Shown: one piece after another, positions 37,940-52,412 of the stretch
Layout: each line of letters starts with the position of its first letter
Numbering within the stretch: position 1 is the first letter of the stretch
Origin: Lytechinus pictus
Taxonomy: Eukaryota
Direction: 5' to 3'
Length of the DNA stretch: 64,000 nt
NCBI RefSeq assembly: GCF_037042905.1
Contig: NC_087251.1
Coordinates: 47,866,001 to 47,930,000 of the forward strand
Position numbers and translations under genes: made by a program
Notes under the pieces: generated by a model
What the model was told of the DNA's origin: nothing
Databases searched by the model: none
Seen by the model: only the letters and a program-made list of their open reading frames with translations

Positions 37940-40900
37940 TTATTTAAAGAGGTCCTTTATCTCCTTTTTAAGAGCAGTATAATCTCCCGCCGAGAGGGAA
38001 CACGTTTCTAGTAATTCACAGCACTGCTCGTCTGTCAGGTCATTGTAGCGTTGCATGACTATTAGGTCACCAAGCAAATAAGAAGAGAGAGAGAAAAAAT
38101 AAAAGTTATTGGTAAAAACGAATTCTTACAAATTCATCAGAGCTTATCAATTAGGAGGCTCCGTGTGTCAATATGTATTGTTTTTCAAGAATATACAGCA
38201 AACAATCAAGAATTAATTGTATAATTATTTCAGTGAAGCAATGATTCTTCTCAAGGCTGACCATGAAATGCCTGATTTTAAAAAGATACACAAGTTAATT
38301 TTAGATGAATGCTACATTTACAATATGAATGTGAAAAGAAAAGATTATACTTTGAAATGGAGTACCAGGTACGTTGAAACATTTGTTTGAATAATGTATA
38401 TGATATGACTTCTGTAAACCTGAAAGATTTCATTTATTGTAAATAAAATTGCCCATTGGGGCAAAATATGGACAAAAAAAATGAATTCATCATACTACGA
38501 TTTGATACATAATACAGAGAGCAGACAAATGAATCAAATAGCAATGAAAATGGTACACTTTCACCATGTTCTCATTTATCATGGCGGTCACGTTTCACGC
38601 CAACGTGAACCAATCGGCATTGACGTAAAAGACGAGATGGGTTTTTGTGCCTCGCCATGATTGTCATAGATGACGGGCTAGATTTCTTTGGAACCGCTAA
38701 AAATGTGATCAAGGATTAGAGGCGTAGCAGGCCGTCCTTACATTGAATAATGAAAGACAGTGTCACAGTGATTTGATGAAGTGCAGTGTATATTTAGGGC
38801 AATGTAAAGCAAATGTCAAAACATGCAGCAGCCAAGCTCTCGTAGAATGACGTGCCACGAGCAAAATACTTTATTGCAAGATAGGACGAAGTGCAAGTGT
38901 ACACCACAATTTTCATCCAAGAATAGTACACAAGGCATCAAACTTGTGGATGATGGAAGAAACTTTTTTCTTTCTTTCACTTCCATTCCAACAAAAATAC
39001 AAAGAAATATAAATCAAGTTCAAATTGAAATTTATGAATTGACATCTTCAAGAAAAGCAGTATAAATAAAGCATATGGACATGAAAATGAGATGGTCCAC
39101 TACAAACAAAGCTTGTATACAATATTCTATCAGTGATCAGCTTTTGACTGATAGTACAGGAAGGTTATTGGTAGACTTTATTGATACTTACGTTTGATAG
39201 GAAGATGACCAGCAAGTTCACAACAAGCACCATTGAATGCATCATTTGCTTTTATACCTAAACACAAAATGTTAAAATAAACATGAAAAAAACAAATTCA
39301 GTTTAGATATGTCACACAAGTCTACAACCCAGTTCCATCTTGAAGGATTATAGTTTGAACAAGTTGTTTATCGTTAAAGAAAGGGAAACTATCACAGATT
39401 TCCCTTTTAAAACCTGGCTTTAAACATAATCATAGCAGGACAAACCCCTGAGCCCATTTAGAGCCCAGGGGCAGTGTTTCACAAGGCCACTTGTCAGTGA
39501 CTCTCACTACCGTAATTGTTCTGAGCCAATCAGATGCATGGATTTCAGTGGCTTATAACAGGACTTACCAAAGGAGGAGATGCGAGGCCAGAGAAACAGT
39601 CTTACAGTCTGTCCGTCTTCCTGAGGATTGGGCCCTAACGTTGAGCCTCTCGTGAAGAACATGTTGTGAGCTATATCCTTGTCTTGTAGATGTTTAACAA
39701 TCATGAATACGTCTCTGAAGATATAATACAAGTTATCATGATGATATCAGCTTTATTTATATAGCACACTCTATTGCACTTAAGTACATGGTGGGTGTTT
39801 CATAAAGCTGTTCGTAAGTTACAAGCGACTTAATGAACAAACTGGTGAGTGGTGATCCTTTCTTGTAGTAAGTGATACACACCAGTTTTCTATTGGGTTT
39901 GATTTAGTTCCTAAGAGAGGGCCACCAGTCGTTCGTAAAGTTGTTTGTAACTTACGAACAGCTTTTATAGGACACCCACCAGGTATCATATTACATGTAC
40001 GACCCTGCTTTAATTGGCTAAGCTGTCATACAAGCACTACAGCATTCAATGAGTAAATCCTATTGGGTGTTTCATACAGCTGTTCATAACTTTAAAAAAG
40101 AGTATCTACACTTGACTGGTGACCTGTTCTTATGGTACACAAGTGACACAACATGTGCTCCTGCAGCATTTGCCCCGGTCTTACTATCTCAGAGGGTATA
40201 GGGTTAAAGGTAAATGCTAGTTTTGGTAACGATATCAAAATGAGTTCGTACAGAATCCAATGAAATGACCACCAAAGTGTCTGTTTGTATAAATAAAACG
40301 CATGTGCCAAAGGATTCTGGAAGAAATTGTGTAATTGCTAAAAAATCAGCAAATAAGCACAGGATTCGGGTAGAGCGTCGGGCCCGACGCTCAAAGCAAT
40401 AATTATACACAGTCCCACGTGCGCTCATCTGTGTTGGGGAAGTTCAGTCTGAACATTTTTCAGCGTAGATTTCAAGATTTCACAAAGTTCAGTTTATGTA
40501 ACTGTACCAGATCTAGATCCTCCATGATATACTGACAATTAAGCCTGGTTTTACAGACTTTCTCATGAAATCAGTGTTTACTGCAACTACTGGAATTTCT
40601 CTTTAAAGTTAGGATTGAAATAGAGTTTTGGGTTCAGAATAATGTAAAGTTTAGGACTAGGGTTTAATTAGTTTTGGAGGCAAGGTTTCATGTTCAGCTT
40701 AACATGCAGATTGTCCATCAGAGATATTGTCCCAGGAGCAAATGTCGTGGAACCGGAACATGAAATATTCCTAGGTAGCTGACTTGGCAACTACTGTTAG
40801 GTGATGATAAGACATATCTCACATAGCCAATAATATATCAATACATAATCAATACTTAATCAATACTTCTACAGGAAGTATATATCAGGAAATCACATGT

Positions 40901-43900
40901 TTAGCAAATTTCAAACTTTCTTAAGAAACTATTATTCATTTTTCTTCCAGCTAAACTTCTGACGCACACACATTTTATGGGTTTCTTATTCACTACATTT
41001 CGTGATCTCCCTAAAAGGTCAACTACCCCAATGCAGAGTAAAGTTATGACGTACAGATTGTTTTGGTCAATACTTCTACAGGAAGTATAACCGGAAATCA
41101 GATGTTTACCAAGACTGCTTGGAACATCAAGGGTGCATGACTTATAGCCTTATCCTTAAAGCTCATTAAGTTCAAAATACAATACTCTTTCAAGAAAAAA
41201 AATCCATTACTCTCTTTCTCTTGCTTTCTAATCTCTCAATTTTATGCCCTTTCTATTTGGTTCAATCTGCATGTCAAAATGGTTGAAAATTTCATTTTCA
41301 GAAAGACCGACTCTGAAGATCGCCTGGCAACAAACATGATAATAATATCAACAACAATAATAATAAAAATATTGGCAGTTATATAGCACCATCTATCTAG
41401 AAATAATCTATTCCGATGCACGATGATGTCTTGATTTTTAATAAACCATTTATCTATCTATCTATCACTATTATTATTATCATTACCCCGGCTTTAGCTC
41501 AAGCTGTCTTCTAGCGCTCAGTGCATTCAAACAATTAATCCTTCTGGTTGCACATTCACTTCACCCGATGTGGGTAAAGTTCTTGCTGAAGGAAAACATG
41601 CCATGGCTAAGATTTGAACCCACGTCCTGATTGAAAGACGAGAGCTGTAACCACTAGACCACGACGCCCCCCAAATAAATAGTGGCATCTCCCTAAATAG
41701 TGATCCTTACAATTTTACAAAGAACATTTTAACCTGTGTGAAACAGATCATTTCCTAAGCTTATTCAGATTAAAGCTCCCTCCCCCTCAGAAAAAAAGGA
41801 AGAAATTAATGATAACTTACCTGATACCATTCCAATAATTCTCTTTGTTCAATTGCAACAGAAATCCTTGTGCAGGCCAACCAATTGACTCATGAACTCG
41901 GCCTTCAACTACCTCCTTCGTTGGCTATACAATGAAAAACATTAATGTATTTTTATGTATTGTTGAAAAATAATCAGGGGCGGTATTCTTATCATTGTCT
42001 TTTCTCCATATTTTATCTTTTCTCAGAGATAAGACAAAATTGGTATTCTGGTGGATGTCATAACTTTTGTCACAGACATTGTCATAAATTCTGTCTCTTC
42101 TCTCTAGCGCGCACCAAAAATACGCGACTTTTAAATGCGCATAATCCTTTTATACAAGCAAACGATATGACAAAATTTATGGCAGGGGGATAGCAGTCAT
42201 AAATTTTTTCATATTTTTTATTACCAAATATCCCGATACCCTGCCGACTAAATGGCAAGTATATAATGATATTATTTAGATAAGATTGTGGTGTTAGTTT
42301 CACTCATCATCCATGACAATTTTCAAAAATATTTTTTCATGCTACAATCAGTTAGGCTCTACATACTAATTCCTCCTTTTTTCTCTGTTTTCCTTCTTTT
42401 TTCTTTTTCTCTTCTAAAATCCTTCACAGCCCCCTGTCTCTCTTTGTAATTAAGCGCATCAATATACGCGTAGTTGCGCAATGCCAGCAATTGTATTTGG
42501 CAAACGCCCTACCTGCCACGGGGCCTTTTCTATTGGCTAGAAGGGCTCCCACTGAGAACTAACAATGATTTTGATTGGTTTCCTTCCGAAAAGATGGGCG
42601 GGAACTTAGAGAGATATGACAAGGAAAAGACAATGTTCAGAATACTGATTTGAGACAATCATAGCAGTGTCACATCTCGGAGAGAAATGACAAATTTGAT
42701 GACAAAAGTTATGACAGCGTTCCAGAATACCACCCCAGGATATTATGTTTGGCGTTCTAAGACTTTTTATCAAAAGACATTGTTCTTATAAATACATCAT
42801 CTTGTCTCATGAATTTCACAATTGAATAAAGTTAAAACTCCATGTTCCAGCCCCAAACCATCAGGGTTGGGTCTATTTGACCTTAGCTGCGCAAAATACA
42901 TGATTGTCATGCAACAATCAAACAAGGGGTCATGGTGTCATGGCATATATTGTTGCACATCGGCTGAAACAAACGGTTTTTCTTTTTCAGAAATTCATGA
43001 ACAAACAACTTGTGGAATTTACTGATATTTTAGTAATTGCTGCAAAACCCGTGCTCATTTCACATCCTACGCCAATTGAATCATACTCTTTCAATCAAAA
43101 TTGATCAGAATTGCATTCTGGAACACATTTAGTTATAAAAAACAGCAAAAACAGCAAAATGTGTAAGAATAGAAAACTACAAATGAATCTTACAAGTCAA
43201 TACATAATAAAGAATAAATTCAATTTTGACATTAAAAGATTTTGCATCACATGCAAAATGAGATAAGACCAAGTAGCAAATTAAACCAGCAGTTGAGGCA
43301 TCTTGACAAAAGTCCGAGTCAATTCTTTCCTGCATGAATCCTGCAATCAAGGGAGCGTTTCATGAACATTTTCGTCGGACAAGTTGTCAGAGCTGACATC
43401 TTTGCTTGATAATGATTGGGTGAGAAGCAATGTTACTATGGAAACTGTTGGATTTACATTACAAATCATCAGTCACCATAGACAGAACAATGGGGACTGC
43501 AGGAAGCTACAATGAATAGACAAAAATCCTCATAGCGGGATTCCTACTATCTGGGGGCACAGACCTTTGACAAGTTGCCTAATGCTGGACATGTGACATA
43601 CAATCATTATCTAATGCCAGTCATATTTCAAATGTCTGACCAACTTCCTTTGCTACCAACAATGAGGATCGAGAATGAATTCGCCTTACCCAGTACTCTA
43701 CTGGTAACCTGTGATGTACATAATACGCGTGCATATGAAGGTGATTCACAGAAGCGTAAGCGCATAGACTGTTGTAACCTATCCTAAAAGCACTGTGAAG
43801 AGAAGAAGAGAAAGAACACATTGCATCAAACTCGGTGAAATATAATTACCCAGTGGCGTACACGGAGGGGTGGTTACAGGGGATCAAACACCCCCTTAAA

Positions 43901-46900
43901 TTTTATTGATACCCAACCCCCTCCCCCATTCTTTTTTTTAAGACTATTTTTGGGGGGCTTTTTGCTTGTCATTTCATGCAGCTGCCCCCCCCCCCTTAAA
44001 AAAAAATCCTGCGTACGCTACTGTAATTACATGTACCTATGATGATGAAGATGTTGACAATAATAACATAGAAAGGCTAAAAAAGTTGAGCTAAAAGAGC
44101 ACATTATAGTATGCAATAAATATATTATTGGAATTGACATTTAACTATAAACATGTACCTAGCACTATACCATTGCCTCTCAAAATTAACAAATGCTGAA
44201 GACATTGTACTGCATGTACTTCTTGATATAACATAAATTGCTTCAGAATCATTGGTCATTCCAAATGTCATAATCTCACTTTTGGATGCCAATTGCCGGT
44301 CTTATCGATAATTATTTCTCAATATATACAGTATTTCTCAATCATATGGACATTGGACCAGGAATCCTCAAAGAGTATGATGCATATATGTACATTTATA
44401 AGTGACTTAGGATTTTTGTATTAAGGTACATGATGATTACCTGGTTGAACTTAATAAGACAGCTTCTACACCTATTTGTATCATTTCCATAGTGGCAATC
44501 TGGAAAAGCAAAACATAAATGCAATGTGAAAGTAACTTTGTATTCTGTCAAAAATTTAACTGACAAATTTGATAATTCCAATGCATTTCATTTCTGAAAA
44601 AAAAATAGTACAGAGTATATAAACTATGCATTCTTATGATAATGGATACCACCAATGTAAAGTAAGACATCAGAAACAATTATGTACTGGCCAACATTTA
44701 AAGCCTCTTTTGAACTATATTGACATCATCTATTAAAGATTTTTGAATATCTTTTGATTTCCTTTGCTTTAAAAAAAAAAAGGATTTGTTTTTAATGACA
44801 ACTTGATAGGCTTCTGAAACCCTTCAATTCCACTGACTAAAGCTAGTTTGTCTGAAAAAAATATCACTGATATTATGTTTCATGTAATCAACACCATGTT
44901 TTAGCTTGCTTGGTGTAATTTTTTAAGCTTGGTCCAGCTACCAGCATTATTCACACATAATTGCTGCTCGGTTAATATCTATTTTGTCTTTTTTCTTTCT
45001 GTTTGGTCTAACCTTAGTTTGACAACAACTAGCTGGTCTCCTAATCATTTACGGTAGTCTAAGTTGCCATTTAGCCAATTTACCATTTTGTCTAATTCCT
45101 AGTTAGGCTATAACAAGTTCATCTACATGTAATATCTACTTAGTCTAACACAAATTAGTCTATATGGTTAGATGAACTGCTTATTAGCCATCTTTTCATG
45201 TGACTAAGTGCAAAACAATTAGTAGACAAAGAGGAAATCCAACCATCTGGGCTTTGGACTAAATGACAAGTAGACTAAATGGGTATTAGACCACATGCAG
45301 TGTAGACCAAAGGGAAACTAGACCAAATTGATAGTTGGCCCATGTGGTCACTTAGACTATCTGAGAAATAGACTAACTGGCTGTAGACCAAGTGAACATT
45401 AACCATGTACAAACATACATGTACTACAAAATATATGGAAACCCTACCTGTGGTTGACATAAATGAGGGCTGGGGACAAGGAGAACATTTCCATATTCTA
45501 AAGGGCTGATGTTGATGATGACCTGATACTTGCCCCTCCCTTCTCCATTAATGCACTCTTCCCTTTCAGTATGTGAACTAATGGTGCCATTGGTGATTCC
45601 ATTTGAAGATGGGTAAGACAGATTGACAGGGTGCATTTCCATGAGTATCTGTTCATGTGGGAGATAAAATGCACATGAAGTCGAGGATAATTGAGTTCGA
45701 ATAAATATTGTAACATTCAAATATTCATACCATTCATTTTTCTAAAGGTTTCATCGATCTTATTCAACGATTTGCCTTTTTTAAAACCCAAGTTCTCCTT
45801 CCATTATTACTCTCTTGAACAAATTGTAAAAAATGACAATTTCGTACCCTTTCCAATATTTAATATCCAAAATATGCAGTAAATACTCTTTCACATTATT
45901 GTCAGATTATAAAAACTAATCAGATTAAAATTACAATTAAAAAAATTATTGTATTATCTAGAGGAACCAGGAATGAAGAATACATGTTTGAACATTGATT
46001 GCATGTATTTCAAGATACAGATACAAAGCAATTGTGGTCCTGCATGAGGGCTTTTTGTGCTATGCATCACCAATGATGATATAACAAACTTTTGTGGGAA
46101 CTAAAATTTTTCTGATTTTTCTTATTCACTTGAATGGTTCGGGTCAATACCATGAAAAACTGAGAAAAAAACAACAACAATATTTTGTGTGATCAGCAGA
46201 CATGACTTCTGAACTGAATCACGTCAGCACAATTTTCAAGGTTACGGTCTGCTTGAAGTAATGAATTAAAAAAAGAGGCTGTTTGCAAGCTGCTATTGTC
46301 TGTATCAAAGCAGAATTTTAGCAAGAAAAAAAACTGCTTTAAGTATTGCTAGTTCGCTACTTATATGTAACACTGGCCTGCCCCACCTATATGTAAACTC
46401 CTTACAAACCATACCACAACAGGGCCCTGTCTTACAAAGAGTTCAGATTGATCTGATCAATCACAAATAGGGACGGCCAGCAACGCCAACATCTATTATG
46501 CATGTTTGTTCAAAATAATTTCAAACTATGATGTATATTCATGCATTTATTGTTTTCTTGAAAATTCACTGTGCTTCTCTTTGTTTACAAATGATATTGT
46601 GCAAATTTCCTGTAGAAAAAATTATGACACTGATGAATTTCCATAGGGTTACAATTGATTGGATCAATCATACTTCTTTGAAAGACAGGGCCCAGATGTA
46701 TATATACACAACAAAAAAAGTAAGTCCCCCCTTAAACAAACATCAATAATTTCCGAACCAATGCGAGTTTTTAATATATTTTTACATGAGCGTGTAGGTA
46801 ATTTTATAAGCTACCCTCTGAGTAAACGTTATGGACGTATTTCACTTCATGCTTCAGTGAGCACCGTCAGAAGGCAAAAATGTCACTTTTCAAAAGTCAC

Positions 46901-49900
46901 AAGCCAAATTTCATGACTTTGATTCCATTTTATTGGAACTAATTCCACATTCTCATCATAAAAAATAGTCAGAAGGCTTGTAAAAGGTACTCTCTAAAAG
47001 ACGATACAACTTTTTTGGCTAAATTTCACGGTTGAATAAACACAAGTCCAAATTTGCTATAATTGGATTTTTTTACACATTTATATCAATAAAAATGATA
47101 GAATATGATGACAGTTAATTTTGGAAGAGTTTCTTCAACATTATTCATCGTTTCACGGTTCAATGAACATTTATGGAAAACAAAAAATACGATTTTCAAA
47201 TATCATAGGCAAGTATTGGTTCATTTTGGGAACTGAAAAAGATCTTTTCTCAACTTTTTCGTTATGTTCATGACCAATTAACATGCTTCAATGATTCAAA
47301 GGCGTTTAATTAAATATCCAGGCTTGAATGAACATGCGTTATTGGAAAAAATGCAATTTGTTACTATGGATATCTGTCACAAACCTCCTTGCATAGTTCA
47401 TTTGATTTGATTTTTATGAAAATCCCGATGTTTAATGCATCAGTGAGCACACAATATTTGAAAATTATGCAAATGAGAAGAAAGTTCAAGGCCTTGGCCC
47501 CAATCTGTGTAGTATCGAATGGTTATTTTGGTGTGCGCGCCTTTTGGATAGTGTTACTCTGAAGCCATGTACGAAGTTTCATGAAATAACTATTGGCAGA
47601 AGTAACAAAAACCGTCCATGAAACAAACCCTCATTTCATATTTGTTAAAATTTTGACTTCGTCTCTCATAGACTTGTGTACATTATGGGTGCACATGTTT
47701 AAACTTTAAGAATAAGTAACCCCTTATTCAATATGGTGGAACTTTTTTTCACGGCTGTCTTTAGCAATGTCACTTGGCAGTAATGTTTATCAACCTATGG
47801 GCAGAATTCTGTGCAAAAATGAAATCGATTTGGTTATTTATGGATGAGTGAGCATGCATCAAAGTGGGAAAATTTGTATTTTCAATGTCACAGACTCATT
47901 TTAAAGGGTAATAAAGTGAATATTGGGGGCAAATTCGGTTTCAAATAAGACTTAAATTGCTATTGTTTTATCATCCATCATTTCTATCACCACACACTTT
48001 CTGAACTTTAAACATTACCATGTACAGAAATATTGATATTGATATCTATACAATATCAATGACATTTGATAAATTATTGTGAAAACAGAGCAGGGCCCTT
48101 TAACACAAAGTTTATTTGATATGATCATAAGGATGATTGTCATGCTTGCATAACATTGACCATTACGTACAATCAAGGGAGCATATTACCTGTATGATCA
48201 ATAGCTACATTGCAAGCTTTACAACCAAGTTCTCTGATCTTTCTTATGACCTATGGTTATGTTTCACATACAATTACTATTGCTTTATGTTATTGAAGGG
48301 AAAGTGAAGCATGTACAAATTCACCACTCACCTTCCAACAACACTGCATCAGCGACAATGAATAATAGATATTTCATCACCAATTATGGTGAAGTAGAGT
48401 AATCACCGAGTCAAAATGCAAAGCTACAAGTGATATGTTACGGAGCAGAGGTGTAGTCGGTACTTCTGTCTCACAAGGCTGTTGGAGAAAATCACCTCCT
48501 TTCGACATTATTCCCTTGACTCAGCCCGAGGCCACGGCCGCCGGCAAAATGTGGCCTCGAAGCCGGCCTTGACCACATCCCTGTTATGGGGAATTTTATA
48601 AAATAGGAATACTGGTTTACAAAAAGAGAGTCTGCAGATCAATGCATGAATGCTACGGTCACACCAATGAAACTGACACCAAACCAAACAATGATACCTC
48701 ATTGGAAATTACATAATAGCTTAGGTTGGGCTGGAGTCAGTTTCGCCTGTGTGACTGTGCAGTAGCGTACGCAGAAATTTTTAAAGGGGGGGGGGGTTCA
48801 AACTGAATGAAATGTTGACCAAACATTTTTAGGTTTGGACCAATTTTAGGTCGTTTCCTACCCCTCCCAAAAAAAAATTGACAAGCAAAACAGAGAGGGA
48901 AAAAAAAAGGTCTTGAACACAAACATATCGAACGTTGTTTCGTACGTCAAAAAAAATGTGACAAGCAAAAAAAGGAAAAGAATTCAAATTTTTTTTAGGG
49001 GGGTTTGGATATCAAAAACATTTAAGGGGGATGGGTTTTAACCCCTGTAACCCCCCCCCCCATTCGTACGCCACTGTGACTGTGACCAGGGCTCGACACT
49101 AGCGCCGGTCCGACGGTCCCAGACCGGTAAAAATCGCTGTCGGGCCAGTAGATTTTCAGAAATAGGAAGATTTACTGGTCCGACATGACCAGTAAAAAAT
49201 ATCATTGTCGGGACAGCAATTTTTCCAAAAATAGCAAGATTTAAGGGTCCGACATGACCAGTAATAAAAACCATTGTTGGGCCAATAACTTTTCTAGAAA
49301 TGGTCAAATTCACTGCAAACCATTTCCCCCCGTTAAATTCTGTCATTCACACACAGAATACACACAGAATGAATCGCACGCAAGTGTTACTAAAGTAGCA
49401 TACAGTGTACATGTAGCCAGCCACACAACCCACGTGGTAAATTCTCTACTGGCTGCGCGAACGAAGCTTGGCTAAAGTCTGGCAGAAATCTCTCACAGAA
49501 CTGTCAAAATTCACGATTCATACTCATGAAAGGCTCTTATAATGTCCATATTTCCTAAAATTTGAAGTAACTCTGTCATTTGTAAGCAGTAAAAGGAGAA
49601 ATTTTCACTTCTGTTTTTGTTCAAACAGATCGGGTTTCGGGTGATATCGTCTGAGTACATAATAGCCCCACATATGCATTTATGTGTGTGTGTTGATACA
49701 CTTGGTTTCTTTCTTTCTTTCGTAGCTATTTTAATTGAGCCAAAAGAAACTGATAAATTATTTGATAGTTTTAGCTTTCTTCTTCTGTTTTCTTCCTATC
49801 TTTCTTTCCTTATTTCTTTTAAATCTTTCTTTGTTTCTTCCCTCTCTTCTTTCAATTTTTTGTTACTGTCTTTCTTTTTTTTTCTTTAATTCGTTCTTTC

Positions 49901-52381
49901 ATTCTTTCTATCCTTTTTAAAAATATTTTTCTCTATTTCTTTTTTCTCTCTCTCTTTCTTTCTTTCTTTTTTTGTGTGATATTTTCCTTTCTTTAATTCT
50001 TGAGTCCATCCATCCTATATTCATCTCTTCTCTTCTTCCTTTCTTTCCTTCCTTCTTTTTACCATTTTCTTTCCTTCATTCTTTGTTACTTTCTTTGTTT
50101 CTTTCTTTCTTCCTTCCATCCATCCATCATTTATTTACCCTTTCTTGTTTTTTGTTTTTTATTTCTTCCTTCTTTCAGCCCTCTCTCTCTTAAATTCTTT
50201 CCTTCCTTTCGTCTATCTGTCTTGTTCTTTCCTTTTTCCCTTTGTTAAATCTATCCTTTTACCTTTCCTTTATTTTTACTGCTTCCTTCCTTTCTCTCCT
50301 TTATTCTTTCATTCCTTCCTTTCTTTGTCTCTCAGTCCTTCTTTTTTCTCCCTTTCATCTTTTCTTTTTTTATATTGCTTGCTTCTTTCCTTCCCTTCCT
50401 TCCTTTCTTTATTTTTTCCTTCTGTCTATCATTTTACCTTTCCTTTATTTCTTCCTTAATTCCTTTCTTCCTTCTTTCAATCATTCCTTCCTCTCTTTCT
50501 TTCTTTTGTCCTTCTTTCCATCTCTCCTTTTACCCTTTCTTTTTTATTGCTTCTTTCTTTCCTTTACTACTTTCTGGATTTGTTCTTTCTTTCTGTATTG
50601 CTTGCTTCATTTCTTTCCTTCATTTCTTTTTTCTTTTCTTTCTTTCTTATTTTTGTTCCTTCTTTACTCCTTCCTTCCTTTCCTTCTTTAGTTCTTTCTT
50701 TTTTTCCCTTCCTTCACATCTATCCTTTCTTTACCTTTTTTTTTTTTCTTCCTTCCTTCCTTTCTTTTATTCTTTCTTCGTTTCTGTCTTGCTTTCTTTT
50801 TGTCCTTCATTTTATTTGGAGGGGGTAACAAAACGCTAGAAAAATAAAATTGCGCCTTTTTTAATGTTTTCTTTATTTTTTGGGACCAGAAGATTTTAGG
50901 TTCGGACCAGTAAAAAATTGAAAAACTGGGTATCTACTGGTCCGACATGAATAGGTTGGACCAGTAGAAAAAATGGGTTAGTGTGGAGCCCTGCTGTGAC
51001 ATAAGGCTTGCATAGGTTGAGAACAGTACTTAGGAAAAGAACGATAGTATATACTGGTCCAGTTTATTGGAATTCCTTGGATATGACACTTAAGCAACTA
51101 CAAAATTATAATATTTTCAAACATCACTTGAAAGCAAAGCTTCTTCTTCGATATAATGAAACAAACTGAAATTGCTATTTATTGGCATGCTCTATTACAT
51201 TTTTGTCCACAGAGCTTATTATCCAGAAGTTTCTTAAATTCTGTTGGATGGCAGCTGCTTACTTTATTTCGTTTGTTTTTTTATTTCTTCGTTTCTTTCT
51301 TTCTTTGTTTTTTGTCACGTTTCTGTGTTGTGTTGTTTTTGTGGGTGTAATTTAATTGATAAAATGTTGTCACGTGTATTATTACTAAGTAGTAATGTCA
51401 AATGTAATGTATAAAAAAGGGAACCTTATCTACAAGCATTCTGCTTCTAAGGTTTCCTCCACTTTTCCGTTTTTATGTACTTAAACATGTATTAATATGT
51501 AGTGATTAAGAATGCTTGCTATCTATACTTATATAGTCTACGTGTGTAATGGTTGCTCAGCTTAGTTATGTCAGTTAAGTTTTGTAACATAACGGATTTG
51601 TGGAAATAAAACCTAAATGAATGAATATAAATGTAAGCATTCTCCCAGCTGGAACTGGTCACATTCAGTAGTTAGTTTTCGCTTCATGAAGCACCACAGA
51701 TTCAAGAACAAGGAACAGCTGGGATGTCTGGCGCTCGAGCATTCAAGGAATATCTTCCTACCAGGTACCCATCCACCTCACCTGGGTTGAGTGCAGCAGT
51801 GTGGGTAAATTTCTTGCTGAAGGAAAACACGCCATGGCTTGGATTCAAACCTACGTCCCTCAGATTGAGAGACAAGAGTCATAACCACAAGACCACAACA
51901 CCCCCACACTCATCTCTGTTCATCATCATCATTAGAGAGCGAAGTTGGCTCAGTCGTTAAGGTGTCTGCCTGTCGAACCAAAGATCGTGGGTTCGAGTCC
52001 ACCCCGGTCGGATGACTGAAGCCAGTGCATTGTGTGTAAACGTTTCTCTCCTGTTTCATAGATGCAGCCTATGTTACAGTAGAAAACACTCCATCCCTTG
52101 GATAGGATGTTAAATGGAGGCCCCGTGTAGAGGAGAGTCACCACCTTTGCACATTAAGAACCCACTGCACTATTCGATTAAGAGTAGGGGGAACCCTGGT
52201 GTAGTGGTCCGCCTGCATTCCCCCAATCAGTTATATTGGGAGCAGAGACCTGCGGGTCACAGTTCTGTGTTCGCGCCCTTCTAAGCGACCCAGATTGGCT
52301 GGCTCAGGACTCCAAAAATGCGCCTTTGAATGTCTTTGACAGATATATGGCGCGATGCAAATGCTGTGCATCATCATCATC

Positions 52382-52412
<31 letters not shown>

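Noticed and set aside
44343..44355. CATATGGACATTG, resembling the 3' part of echinoderm miR-2012 as I recall it
   Set aside because: The seed and 5' half are absent and there is no hairpin; chance match.
49617..50839. Multiple F/L/S-rich ORFs
   Set aside because: Polypyrimidine tract inside a transposon.
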